Shown here one piece after another: positions 22,001 through 34,000 of a stretch of 64,000 nucleotides of DNA. Below the pieces are notes generated by a model. The model had not been told where the DNA came from. It searched no databases and was given only the letters and a program-made list of their open reading frames with translations. Position numbers and translations under genes: made by a program. Each line of letters starts with the position of its first letter. Position 1 is the first letter of the stretch. Source of the stretch: Eledone cirrhosa (lineage: Eukaryota); NCBI GenBank assembly GCA_964016885.1, contig CAXHJY010000264.1:186001-250000 (forward strand), written 5' to 3'.

Positions 22001-25000
22001 TGTAGTGTAGTGTGGTGTAGTGTAGTGTGGTGTAGTGTGGTGTGGTATAACGTGCTGTATTGTAGTGTAGTGTAGTGTAGAGTAGAGTAGTGTGGTGTAA
22101 TGTGGCGTAGTGTAGTGTGGTGTAGAGTAGAGTAGTGTGGTGTAGTGTGGTGTAGTGTAGTGTGGTGTGGTGTAGTGAAGAGTAGTGTGGTGTAGTGTGG
22201 TGTGGTGTGGTGTAGTGTAGCGTGGTGTAGTGTGGTGTGGTGTAGTGTAGAGTAGTGTGGTGTGGTGTAGTGTAGAGTAGTGCGGTGTGGTGTGGTGTAG
22301 TGAAGTGTGGTGTAGTGTAGTGTAGTGTGGTGTATTGTAGCGTGGTGTAGTGTAGTGTAGTGTGGTGTGGTGCAGTGTAATGTAGTGTGGTGTAGTGTAG
22401 TGTAGTGTAGTGTAGTGTAGTGTAGTGTAGTGTAGTGTAGTGTAGTGTAGTGTAGTGTAGTGTAGTGTAGTGTAGTGTAGTGTAGTGTAGTGTAGTGTAG
22501 TGTAGTGTGGTGTGGTGTGATGTGGTGTAGTGTAGTGTAGTGTGTTGTGGTGTAGTGTAGAGTAGTGTGGTGTAGTGTGGTGTAATGTGGTGTGGTGTGG
22601 TGTAGTGTAGTGTAGTGTAGTGTAGTGTAGTGTAGTGTAGTGTAGTGTAGTGTAGTGTAGTGTAGTGTAGTGTGGTATGGTGTAGTGTAGTGTAGTGTCG
22701 TATAGAGTAGTGTAGTGTGGTGTAGTGTTGTGTGGTGTGTGTATTGTAGAGTAGTGCGGTGTAGTGTAGCGTGGTGTAGTGTAGTGTAGTGTAGTGTAGT
22801 GTAGTGTAGTGTAGTGTAGTGTGGTGTAGTGTAGAGTAGTGTGGTGTAGTGTAGTGTAATGTGGTGTGGTGTGGTGTAGTCTAGTGTGGTGTAGTGTAGC
22901 GTGGCGTAGTGTAGCGTGGTGTAGTGTGGTGTGGTGTAATGTAGTGTGGTGTAGTGTGGTGTGGTGTAATGTAGTGTGGTGTAGAGTAGTGTGGTGTAGT
23001 GTTGGTGTGGTATAATGTGGTGTTGTGTAGTGTAGTGTGGTGTAGTGTAGATTAGTGTTGTGTAGTGTGGTGTGGTGTAATGTGGTGTAGTGTGGTGTAA
23101 TGTTGTGTGGTGTAGAGTAGTGTGGTGTGGTATAGTGTAGTGTGGTGTAGTGTAGCGTGGTGTAGTGTAGTGTAGTGTGGTGTGGTGTAATATAGTGTAG
23201 TGTTGTGTAGTATGGTGTGGTGTAGAGTAGTGTGGTATAATGTGGTGTAGTGTAGTGTGGTGTAGTGTAGAGTAGTGTGGTGTAATGTGGTGTGGTGTAA
23301 TGTGGTGTAGTGTAGTGTGGTGTAGTGTAGAGTAGTGTGGTGTAGTGTGGTATGGTATAGTGTAGTGTGGTGTAGTGTAGAGTGGTGTAGTGTGGTGTAG
23401 TGTAGTGTGGTGTAGTGTTGTGTGGTGCAGTGTAGGGGTAGAGTGGTGTAGTGTGGTGTGGTATAGTGTAGTGTGGTGTAGTGTAGTGTGGTGTGGTGTA
23501 GTGTAGTGTAGTGTGGTGTAGTGTGGTGTAGTGTGGTGTGGTATAACGTGCTGTATTGTAGTGTAGTGTAGAGTAGTGTAGTGTGGTGTGGTGTAATGTG
23601 GCGTAGTGTAGTGTGGTGTAGAGTAGAGTAGTGTGGTGTAGTGTGGTATGGTATAGTGTAGTGTGGTGTAGTGTAGTGTGGTGTAGTGTAGTGTGGTGTA
23701 GTGTAGTGTGGTGTGGTGTAGTGAAGAGTAGTGTGGTGTAGTGTGGTGTGGTGTGGTGTAGTGTAGCGTGGTGTAGTGTGGTGTGGTGTAGTGTAGAGTT
23801 GTGTGGTGTGGTGTAGTGTAGAGTAGTGCGGTGTGGTGTGGTGTAGTGAAGTGTGGTGTAGTGTAGTGTAGTGTGGTGTATTGTAGCGTGGTGTAGTGTA
23901 GTGTAGTGTGGTGTGGTGCAGTGTAATGTAGTGTGGTGTGGTGTGGTGTGGTGTGGTGTGGTGTGGTGTGGTGTGGTGTAGTGTAGTGTAGTGTAGTGTA
24001 GTGTAGTGTAGTGTAGTGTAGTGTAGTGTAGTGTAGTGTAGTGTGGTGTGGTGTGGTGTAGTGTAGTGTAGTGTGTTGTGGTGTAGTGTAGAGTAGTGTG
24101 GTGTAGTGTGGTGTAATGTGGTGTGGTGTGGTGTAGTGTGGTGTAGTGTAGTGTAGTGTAGTGTAGTGTAGTGTAGTGTAGTGTAGTGTAGTGTAGTGTA
24201 GTGTAGTGTAGTGTAGTGTGGTGTAATGTAGTGTAGTGTGGTGTAGTGTGGTGTAGTGTAGTATGGTGTGGTGTAGAGTAGTGTGGTGTAGTGTAGTGTG
24301 GTGTGGTGTAATGTGGTGTAGTTTAGTGTGGTGTAGTGTGGAGTAGTGTGGTGTAATGTGGTGTGGTGTGGTGTAGTGTGGTGTAGTGTAGTGTAGCGTG
24401 GTGTAGTGTAGCGTGGTGTGGTGTGGTGCGGTGTGTGGTGTAGTGTAGTGTAGTGTGGTGTAGTGTTTTGTGGTGTGGTGAAGTGTAGAGTAGTGCGGTG
24501 TGGTGTGGTGTAGTGTAATGTGGTGTAGTGTAGTGTAGTGTGGTGTATTGTAGCGTGGTGTGGTGTAGTGTGGTGTGGTGTGGTGTGGTGTAGTGTGGTG
24601 TGGTGTGGTGTAGTGTGGTATGGTATAGTGTAGTGTGGTGTAGTGTAGAGTGGTGTAGTGTGGTGTAGTGTAGTGTGGTGTAGTGTTGTGTGGTGCAGTG
24701 TAGAGTAGAGTGGTGTAGTGTGGTGTGGTATAGTGTAGTGTGGTGTAGTGTAGTGTGGTGTAGTGTAGTGTGGTGTAGTGTGGTGTGGTATAACGTGCTG
24801 TATTGTAGTGTAGTGTAGTGTAGAGTAGAGTAGTGTGGTGTAATGTGGCGTAGTGTAGTGTGGTGTAGAGTAGAGTAGTGTGGTGTAGTGTGGTGTAGCG
24901 TAGTGTGGTGTGGTGTAGTGAAGAGTAGTGTGGTGTAGTGTGGTGTGGTGTGGTGTAGTGTAGCGTGGTGTAGTGTGGTGTGGTGTAGTGTAGAGTAGTG

Positions 25001-28000
25001 TGGTGTGGTGTAGTGTAGAGTAGTGCGGTGTGGTGTGGTGTAGTGAAGTGTGGTGTAGTGTAGTGTAGTGTGGTGTATTGTAGCGTGGTGTAGTGTAGTG
25101 TGGTGTGGTGCAGTGTAATGTAGTGTGGTGTGGTGTAGTGTAGTGTAGTGTAGTGTAGTGTAGTGTAGTGTAGTGTAGTGTAGTGTAGTGTAGTGTAGTG
25201 TAGTGTAGTGTAGTGTAGTGTAGTGTAGTGTAGTGTAGTGTAGTGTAGTGTAGTGTAGTGTAGTGTAGTGTAGTGTAGTGTAGTGTAGTGTGGTGTGGTG
25301 TGATGTGGTGTAGTGTAGTGTAGTGTGTTGTTGTGTAGTGTAGAGTAGTGTGGTGTAGTGTGGTGTAATGTGGTGTGGTGTAGTGTAGTGTAGTGTAGTG
25401 TAGTGTAGTGTAGTGTAGTGTAGTGTAGTGTAGTGTAGTGTGGTATGGTGTAGTGTAGTGTAGTGTAGTGTCGTATAGAGTAGTGTAGTGTGGTGTAGTG
25501 TTGTGTGTATTGTAGAGTAGTGCGGTGTAGTGTAGCGTGGTGTAGTGTAGTGTAGTGTAGTGTAGTGTAGTGTAGTGTAGTGTAGTGTGGTGTAGTGTAG
25601 AGTAGTGTGGTGTAGTGTAGTGTAATGTGGTGTGGTGTGGTGTAGTCTAGTGTGGTGTAGTGTAGCGTGGCGTAGTGTAGCGTGGTGAAGTGTGGTGTGG
25701 TGTAATGTAGTGTGGTGTAGTGTGGTGTGGTGTAATGTAGTGTGGTGTAGAGTAGTGTGGTGTAGTGTTGGTGTGGTATAATGTGGTGTTGTGTAGTGTA
25801 GTGTGGTGTAGTGTAGATTAGTGTTGTGTAGTGTGGTGTGGTGTAATGTGGTGTAGTGTAGTGTGGTGTAATGTTGTGTGGTGTAGAGTAGTGTGGTGTG
25901 GTATAGTGTAGTGTGGTGTAGTGTAGCGTGGTGTAGTGTAGTGTAGTGTGGTGTGGTGTAATATAGTGTAGTGTTGTGTAGTATGGTGTGGTGTAGAGTA
26001 GTGTGGTATAATGTGGTGTAGTGTAGTGTGGTGTAGTGTAGAGTAGTGTGGTGTAATGTGGTGTGGTGTAATGTGGTGTAGTGTAGTGTGGTGTAGTGTA
26101 GAGTAGTGTGGTGTAGTGTGGTATGGTATAGTGTAGTGTGGTGTAGTGTAGAGTGGTGTAGTGTGGTGTAGTGTAGTGTGGTGTAGTGTTGTGTGGTGCA
26201 GTGTAGGGGTAGAGTGGTGTAGTGTGGTGTGGTATAGTGTGGTGTAGTGTAGTGTGGTGTGGTGTAGTGTAGTGTAGTGTGGTGTAGTGTGGTGTAGTGT
26301 GGTGTGGTATAACGTGCTGTATTGTAGTGTAGTGTAGTGTAGAGTAGTGTAGTGTGGTGTGGTGTAATGTGGTGTAGTGTAGTGTGGTGTAGAGTAGAGT
26401 AGTGTGGTGTAGTGTGGTATGGTATAGTGTAGTGTGGTGTAGTGTAGTGTGGTGTAGTGTAGTGTGGTGTAGTGTAGTGTGGTGTGGTGTAGTGAAGAGT
26501 AGTGTGGTGTAGTGTGGTGTGGTGTGGTGTAGTGTAGCGTGGTGTAGTGTGGTGTGGTGTAGTGTAGAGTTGTGTGGTGTGGTGTAGTGTAGAGTAGTGC
26601 GGTGTGGTGTGGTGTAGTGAAGTGTGGTGTAGTGTAGTGTAGTGTGGTGTATTGTAGCGTGGTGTAGTGTAGTGTAGTGTGGTGTGGTGCAGTGTAATGT
26701 AGTGTGGTGTGGTGTGGTGTGGTGTGGTGTAGTGTAGTGTAGTGTAGTGTAGTGTAGTGTAGTGTAGTGTAGTGTAGTGTAGTGTAGTGTAGTGTAGTGT
26801 AGTGTAGTGTAGTGTAGTGTAGTGTAGTGTAGTGTAGTGTAGTGTAGTGTAGTGTGGTGTAGTGTAGTGTAGTGTAGTGTAGTGTAGTGTGGTGTGGTGT
26901 GGTGTAGTGTAGTGTAGTGTGTTGTGGTGTAGTGTAGAGTAGTGTGGTGTAGTGTGGTGTAATGTGGTGTGGTGTGGTGTAGTGTGGTGTAGTGTAGTGT
27001 AGTGTAGTGTAGTGTAGTGTAGTGTAGTGTAGTGTAGTGTAGTGTAGTGTAGTGTAGTGTAGTGTAGTGTAGTGTAGTGTAGTGTAGTGTAGTGTAGTGT
27101 AGTGTAGTGTAGTGTAGTGTGGTGTGGTGTAATGTAGTGTAGTGTGGTGTAGTGTGGTGTAGTGTAGTATGGTGTGGTGTAGAGTAGTGTGGTGTAGTGT
27201 AGTGTGGTGTGGTGTAATGTGGTGTAGTGTAGTGTGGTGTAGTGTGGAGTAGTGTGGTGTAATGTGGTGTGGTGTGGTGTAGTGTGGTGTAGTGCAGTGT
27301 AGCGTGGTGTGGTGTGGTGCGGTGTGTGGTGTAGTGTAGTGTAGTGTGGTGTAGTGTTTTGTGGTGTGGTGAAGTGTAGAGTAGTGCGGTGTGGTGTGGT
27401 GTAGTGTAATGTGGTGTAGTGTAGTGTAGTGTGGTGTATTGTAGCGTGGTGTGGTGTAGTGTAGTGTAGTGTGGTGTGGTGTGGTGTGGTGTGGTGTGGT
27501 GTGGTGTGGTGTGGTGTGGTGTGGTGTGGTGTGGTGTGGTGTGGTGTGGTGTGGTGTGGTGTGGTGTGGTGTGGTGTGGTGTAGTGTAGTGTAGTGTAGT
27601 CTCGTATAGAGTAGTGTAGTGTGGTGTAGTGTTGTGTGGTGTGTATATTGTAGAGTAGTGCGGTGTAGTGTAGCGTGGTGTAGTGTAGTGTAGTGTAGTG
27701 TAGTGTAGTGTAGTGTAGTGTAGTGTAGTGTAGTGCAGTGTAGTGTAGTGTGGTGTAGTGTAGTGTAGTGTAGTGTATTGTGGTGTGGTGTGGTGTAGTG
27801 TAGTGTAGTTTGGTGTGGTGTAGTGTAGTGTAGTGTAGTATAGTGTAGTGTAGTCTTGTGTAGTGTAGTGTAGTGTAGTGTAGTGTAGTGTAGTGTAGTG
27901 TAGTGTAGTGTAGTGTACTGTAGTGTAGTGTAGTGTAGTGTTGTGTGGTGTAGTGTAGTGTGGTGGGGTGTAGTGTGGTGTGGTGTAGTGTGGTGCAGTG

Positions 28001-31000
28001 TAGTGTAGTGTAGTGTAGTGTAGTGTAGTGTAGAGTGGTGTGGTGTAGTGTAGTGTAGTGTAGTGTAGTGTAGTGTGGTGTGGTGTAGTGAAGTGTAGTG
28101 TAGTGTGGTGTGGTGCAGTGTAGTGTAGTTTAGTGTAGTGTGGTGTAGTGTGTAGTGTAGTGTAGTGTAGTGTAATGTAGTGTAGTGTAGTGTAGTGTAG
28201 TGTAGTATAGTGTAGTGTGGTGTAGTGTAGGGTAGTGTGGTGTAGTGCAGCGTGATGTAGTGTAGTGTAGTGTAGTGTAGTGTAGTGTAGTGTAGTGTAA
28301 TGTAGTGTAGTGTAGTGTAGTGTAGTGTAGTGTGGTGTAGTGTAGAGTAGTGTGGTGTAGTGCAGCGTGATGTAGTGTAGTGTGGTGTAGTGTGGTATAG
28401 TGTAGTGTGGTGTGGTGTGGTATAGTGTAGTGTGGTGTAGTGTAGTGTAGTGTGGTGTAGTGTAGCGTGGTGTAGTGAGTGTAGTGTAGTGTGGTGTGGT
28501 GTAATGTAGTGTACTGTAGTGTGGTGTGGTGAGGTGTGGTGTGGTGTGGTGTGGTGTAGTGTAGTGTAGTGTGGTGTGGTGTAATGTGTTGTCGTGTAGT
28601 ATGGTGTAGTGTGGTGTAATGTGGTGTAGTGTGGTGTAGTGTAGTGCAGCGTGGTGTAGTGTAGTGTGGTGTGGTGTGTGGTGTAGTGTAGTGTAGTGTA
28701 GTGTAGTGTAGTGTAGTGTAGTGTGGTGTAGTGTAGTGTAGTGTGGTGTAGTGTAGTGTGGTGTGGTGTATAGTAATGTGGTGTAGTGTGGTGTGGTGTA
28801 ATGTGGTGTGGTGTTTGTGGTGTAGTGTAGTGCAGTGTAGTGTTGTGTGGTGTAGTGTAGTGTAGTGTGGTGTGGTGTACTGTAGTGTAGTGTGGTGTAG
28901 TGTGGTGTAGTGTGGTGTAGTGTGGTGTAGTGTTGTGTGGTGTAATGTGGTGTGGTGTGGTGTAGTGTAGTGTGGTGTAGTGTAGTGTAGTGTGGTGTAG
29001 CGTGGTGTAGTGTAGTGTATTGTTGTGTGGTTTAATGTAGTGTAGTGTGGTATAGTGTGGTGAAGTGTGGTGTAGTGTGGTGTGGTGTAGAGTAGTGTGG
29101 TGTAGTGTGGTGTGGTAGAATGTGGTGTAGTGTTGTGTGTTGTAGTGTAGTGTGGTGTGGTGTAGTGTAGAGTAGTGTGGTGTAGTGTGGTGTGGTGTAA
29201 TGTGGTGTAGTGTAGTGTGGTGTAGTGTGGAGTAGTGTGGTGTAATGTGGTGTGGTGTGGTGTAGTGTGGTGTAGTGTAGCGTGGTGTAGTGTAGCATGG
29301 TGTGGTGTGGTGTGTGGTGTAGTGTAGTGTAGTGTGGTGTAGTGTTGTGTGGTGTAGTGTAGAGTAGTGCGGTGTGGTGTGGTGTAGTGAAGTGTGGTGT
29401 AGTGTAGTGTAGTGTGGTGTATTGTAGCGTGGTGTAGTGTAGTGTAGTGTGGTGTAGTGTTGTGTGGTGTGGTGAAGTGTAGAGTAGTGCGGTGTGGTGT
29501 GGTGTAGTGTAATGTGGTGTAGTGTAGTGTAGTGTGGTGTATTGTAGCGTGGTGTAGTGTAGTGTAGTGTGGTGTGGTGCAGTGTAATGTAGTGTGGTGT
29601 AGTGTAGTGTAGTGTAGTGTAGTGTAGTGTAGTGTAGTGTAGTGTGGTGTAGTGTAGTGTAGTGTAGTGTCGTATAGAGTAGTGTAGTGTGGTGTAGTGT
29701 TGTGTGGTGTGTGTATTGTAGAGTAGTGCGGTGTAGTGTAGCGTGGTGTAGTGTAGTGTAGTGTAGTGTAGTGTAGTGTAGTCTGGTGTAGCGTAGAGTA
29801 GTGTGGTGTAGTGTAGTGTAATGTGGTGTGGTGTGGTGTAGTCTAGTGTGGTGTAGTGTAGCGTGGCGTAGTGTAGCGTGGTGTAGTGTGGTGTGGTGTA
29901 ATGTAGTGTGGTGTAGTGTGGTGTGGTGTAATGTAGTGTGGTGTAGAGTAGTGTGGTGTAGTGTTGGTGTGGTATAATGTGGTGTTGTGTAGTGTAGTGT
30001 GGTGTAGTGTAGATTAGTGTGGTGTAGAGTGGTGTGGTGTAATGTGGTGTAGTGTAGTGTGGTGTAGTGTTGTGTGGTGTAGAGTAGTGTGGTGTGGTAT
30101 AGTGTAGTGTGGTGTAGTGTAGCGTGGTGTAGTGTAGTGTAGTGTGGTGTGGTGTAATATAGTGTAGTGTTGTGTAGTATGGTGTGGTGTAGAGTAGTGT
30201 GTTGTAGTGTGGTGTGGTATAATGTGGTGTAGTGTAGTGTGGTGTAGTGTAGAGTAGTGTGGTGTAATGTGGTGTGGTGTAATGTGGTGTAGTGTAGTGT
30301 GGTGTAGTGTAGAGTAGTGTGGTGTAGTGTGGTATGGTATAGTGTAGTGTGGTGTAGTGTAGAGTGGTGTAGTGTGGTGTAGTGTAGTGTGGTGTAGTGT
30401 TGTGTGGTGCAGTGTAGAGTAGAGTGGTGTAGTGTGGTGTGGTATAGTGTAGTGTGGTGTAGTGTAGTGTGGTGTAGTGTAGTGTAGTGTGGTGTAGTGT
30501 AGTGTGGTGTAGTGTGGTGTGGTATAACGTGCTGTATTGTAGTGTAGTGTAGTGTAGAGTAGTGTAGTGTGGTGTGGTGTGGTGTAATGTGGCGTAGTGT
30601 AGTGTGGTGTAGTGTGGTATGGTATAGTGTAGTGGGGTGTAGTGTAGTGTGGTGTAGTGTAGTGTGGTGTAGTGTAGTGTGGTGTAGTGAAGAGTAGTGT
30701 GGTGTAGTGTGGTGTGGTGTAGTGTAGTGTGGTGTAGTGTAGTGTAGTGTGGTGTAGTGTAGCGTGGTGTAGTGTAGTGTATTGTTGTGTGGTTTAATGT
30801 AGTGTAGTGTAGTGTGGTGTAGTGTGGTGAAGTGTGGTGTAGTGTGGTGTGGTGTAGAGTAGTGTGGTGTAGAGTGGTGTGGTATAATGTGGTGTAGTGT
30901 TGTGTGTTGTAGTGTAGTGTGGTGTGGTGTAGTGTAGAGTAGTGTGGTGTAGTGTGGTGTGGTGTAATGTGGTGTAGTGTAGTGTGGTGTAGTGTGGAGT

Positions 31001-34000
31001 AGTGTGGTGTAATGTGGTGTAGTGTGGTGTAGTGTAGTGTAGCGTGGTGTAGTGTAGCATGGTGTGGTGTGGTGTGGTGTGTGGTGTAGTGTAGTGTAGT
31101 GTGGTGTAGTGTTGTGTGGTGTGGTGTAGTGTAGAGTAGTGCGGTGTGGTGTGGTGTAGTGAAGTGTGGTGTAGTGTAGTGTAGTGTAGTGTGGTGTATT
31201 GTAGCGTGGTGTAGTGTAGTGTAGTGTGGTGTGGTGCGGTGTAGTGTAGTGTAGTGTAGTGTAGTGTAGTGTAGTGTAGTGTAGTGTAGTGTAGTGTAGT
31301 GTAGTGTAGTGTAGTGTAGTGTAGTGTATTGTAGTGTAGTGTGGTATGGTGTAGTGTAGTGTAGTGTAGTGTAGTGTGGTGTGGTGTACTGTAGTGTAGT
31401 GTGGTGTAGTGTGGCAGGGTGTGGTGTAGTGTGGTGTAGTGTGGTGTAGTGTGGTGTAGTGTTGTGTGGTGTAATGTGGTGTGGTGTGGTGTAGTGTAGT
31501 GTGGTGTAGTGTAGTGTAGTGTAGTGTGGTGTAGTGTAGCGTGGTGTAGTGTAGTGTATTGTTGTGTGGTTTAATGTAGTGTAGTGTAGTGTGGTGTAGT
31601 GTGGTGAAGTGTGGTGTAGTGTGGTGTGGTGTAGAGTAGTGTGGTGTAGTGTAGTGTAGTGTAGTGTATTGTAGTGTAGTGTGGTATGGTGTAGTGTAGT
31701 GTAGTGTAGTGTAGTGTCGTATAGAGTAGTGCGGTGTAGTGTAGCGTGGTGTAGTGTAGTGTAGTGTAGTGTAGTGTAGTGTAGTGTAGTGTAGTGTAGT
31801 GTAGTGTAGTGTAGTGTAGTGTAGTGTAGTGTAGTGTAGTGTAGAGTAGTGTGGTGTAGTGTAGTGTAATGTGGTGTAGTGTAGTGTAATGTGGTGTAGT
31901 GTGGTGTAGTCTAGTGTGGTGTAGTGTAGCGTGGCGTAGTGTAGCGTGGTGTAGTTTGGTGTGGTGTAATGTAGTGTGGTGTAGAGTAGTGTGGTGTAGT
32001 GTTGGTGTGGTATAATGTGGTGTTGTGTAGTGTAGTGTGGTGTAGTGTAGATTAGTGTGGTGTAGTGTGGTGTGGTGTAATGTGGTGTAGTGTGGTGTGG
32101 TGTAATGTGGTGTGGTGTTTGTGGTGAAGTGTGGTGTAGTGTAGTGCAGTGTAGTGTTGTGTGGTGTAGTGTAGTGTAGTGTAGTGTGGTGTGGTGTACT
32201 GTAGTGTAGTGTGGTGTAGTGTGGCAGGGTGTGGTGTAGTGTGGTGTAGTGTGGTGTAGTGTTGTGTGGTGTAATGTGGTGTGGTGTGGTGTAGTGTAGT
32301 GTGGTGTAGTGTAGTGTAGTGTAGTGTGGTGTAGTGTAGCGTGGTGTAGTGTAGTGTATTGTTGTGTGGTTTAATGTAGTGTAGTGTAGTGTGGTGTAGT
32401 GTGGAGTAGTGTGGTGTAATGTGGTGTGGTGTGGTGTAGTGTGGTGTAGTGTAGTTTAGCGTGGTGTAGTGTAGCATGGTGTGGTGTGGTGTGGTGTGTG
32501 GTGTAGTGTAGTGTAGTGTGGTGTAGTGTTGTGTGGTGTGGTGTAGTGTAGAGTAGTGCGGTGTGGTGTGGTGTAGTGAAGTGTGGTGTAGTGTAGTGTA
32601 GTGTGGTGTATTGTAGCGTGGTGTAGTGTAGTGTAGTGTAGTGTGGTGTAGTGTAGAGTAGTGTGGTGTAATGTGGTGTGGTGTAATGTGGTGTAGTGTA
32701 GTGTGGTGTAGTGTAGAGTAGTGTGGTGTAGTGTGGTATGGTATAGTGTAGTGTGGTGTAGTGTAGAGTGGTGTAGTGTGGTGTAGTGTAGTGTGGTGTA
32801 GTGTTGTGTGGTGCAGTGTAGAGTAGAGTGGTGTAGTGTGGTGTGGTATAGTGTAGTGTGGTGTAGTGTAGTGTGGTGTAGTGTAGTGTGGTGTAGTGTG
32901 GTGTGGTATAACGTGCTGTATTGTAGTGTAGTGTAGTGTAGAGTAGAGTAGTGTGGTGTAATGTGGCGTAGTGTAGTGTGGTGTAGAGTAGAGTAGTGTG
33001 GTGTAGTGTGGTGTAGTGTAGTGTGGTGTGGTGTAGTGAAGAGTAGTGTGGTGTAGTGTGGTGTGGTGTGGTGTAGTGTAGCGTGGTGTAGTGTGGTGTG
33101 GTGTAGTGTAGAGTAGTGTGGTGTGGTGTAGTGTAGAGTAGTGCGGTGTGGTGTGGTGTAGTGAAGTGTGGTGTAGTGTAGTGTAGTGTGGTGTAGTGTA
33201 GCGTGGTGTAGTGTAGTGTAGTGTGGTGTGGTGCAGTGTAATGTAGTGTGGTGTAGTGTAGTGTAGTGTAGTGTAGTGTAGTGTAGTGTAGTGTAGTGTA
33301 GTGTAGTGTAGTGTAGTGTAGTGTAGTGTAGTGTAGTGTAGTGTGGTGTAGTGTTGTGTGGTGTAGTGTAGAGTAGTGCGGTGTGGTGTGGTGTAGTGAA
33401 GTGTGGTGTAGTGTAGTGTAGTGTGGTGTATTGTAGCGTGGTGTAGTGTAGTGTAGTGTGGTGTAGTGTTGTGTGGTGTGGTGAAGTGTAGAGTAGTGCG
33501 GTGTGGTGTGGTGTAGTGTAATGTGGTGTAGTGTAGTGTAGTGTGGTGTATTGTAGCGTGGTGTAGTGTAGTGTAGTGTGGTGTGGTGCAGTGTAATGTA
33601 GTGTGGTGTAGTGTAGTGTAGTGTAGTGTAGTGTAGTGTAGTGTAGTGTAGTGTAGTGTGGTGTAGTGTAGTGTAGTGTAGTGTCGTATAGAGTAGTGTA
33701 GTGTGGTGTAGTGTTGTGTGGTGTGTGTATTGTAGAGTAGTGCGGTGTAGTGTAGCGTGGTGTAGTGTAGTGTAGTGTAGTGTAGTGTAGTGTAGTCTGG
33801 TGTAGCGTAGAGTAGTGTGGTGTAGTGTAGTGTAATGTGGTGTGGTGTGGTGTAGTCTAGTGTGGTGTAGTGTAGCGTGGCGTAGTGTAGCGTGGTGTAG
33901 TGTGGTGTGGTGTAATGTAGTGTGGTGTAGTGTGGTGTGGTGTAATGTAGTGTGGTGTAGAGTAGTGTGGTGTAGTGTTGGTGTGGTATAATGTGGTGTT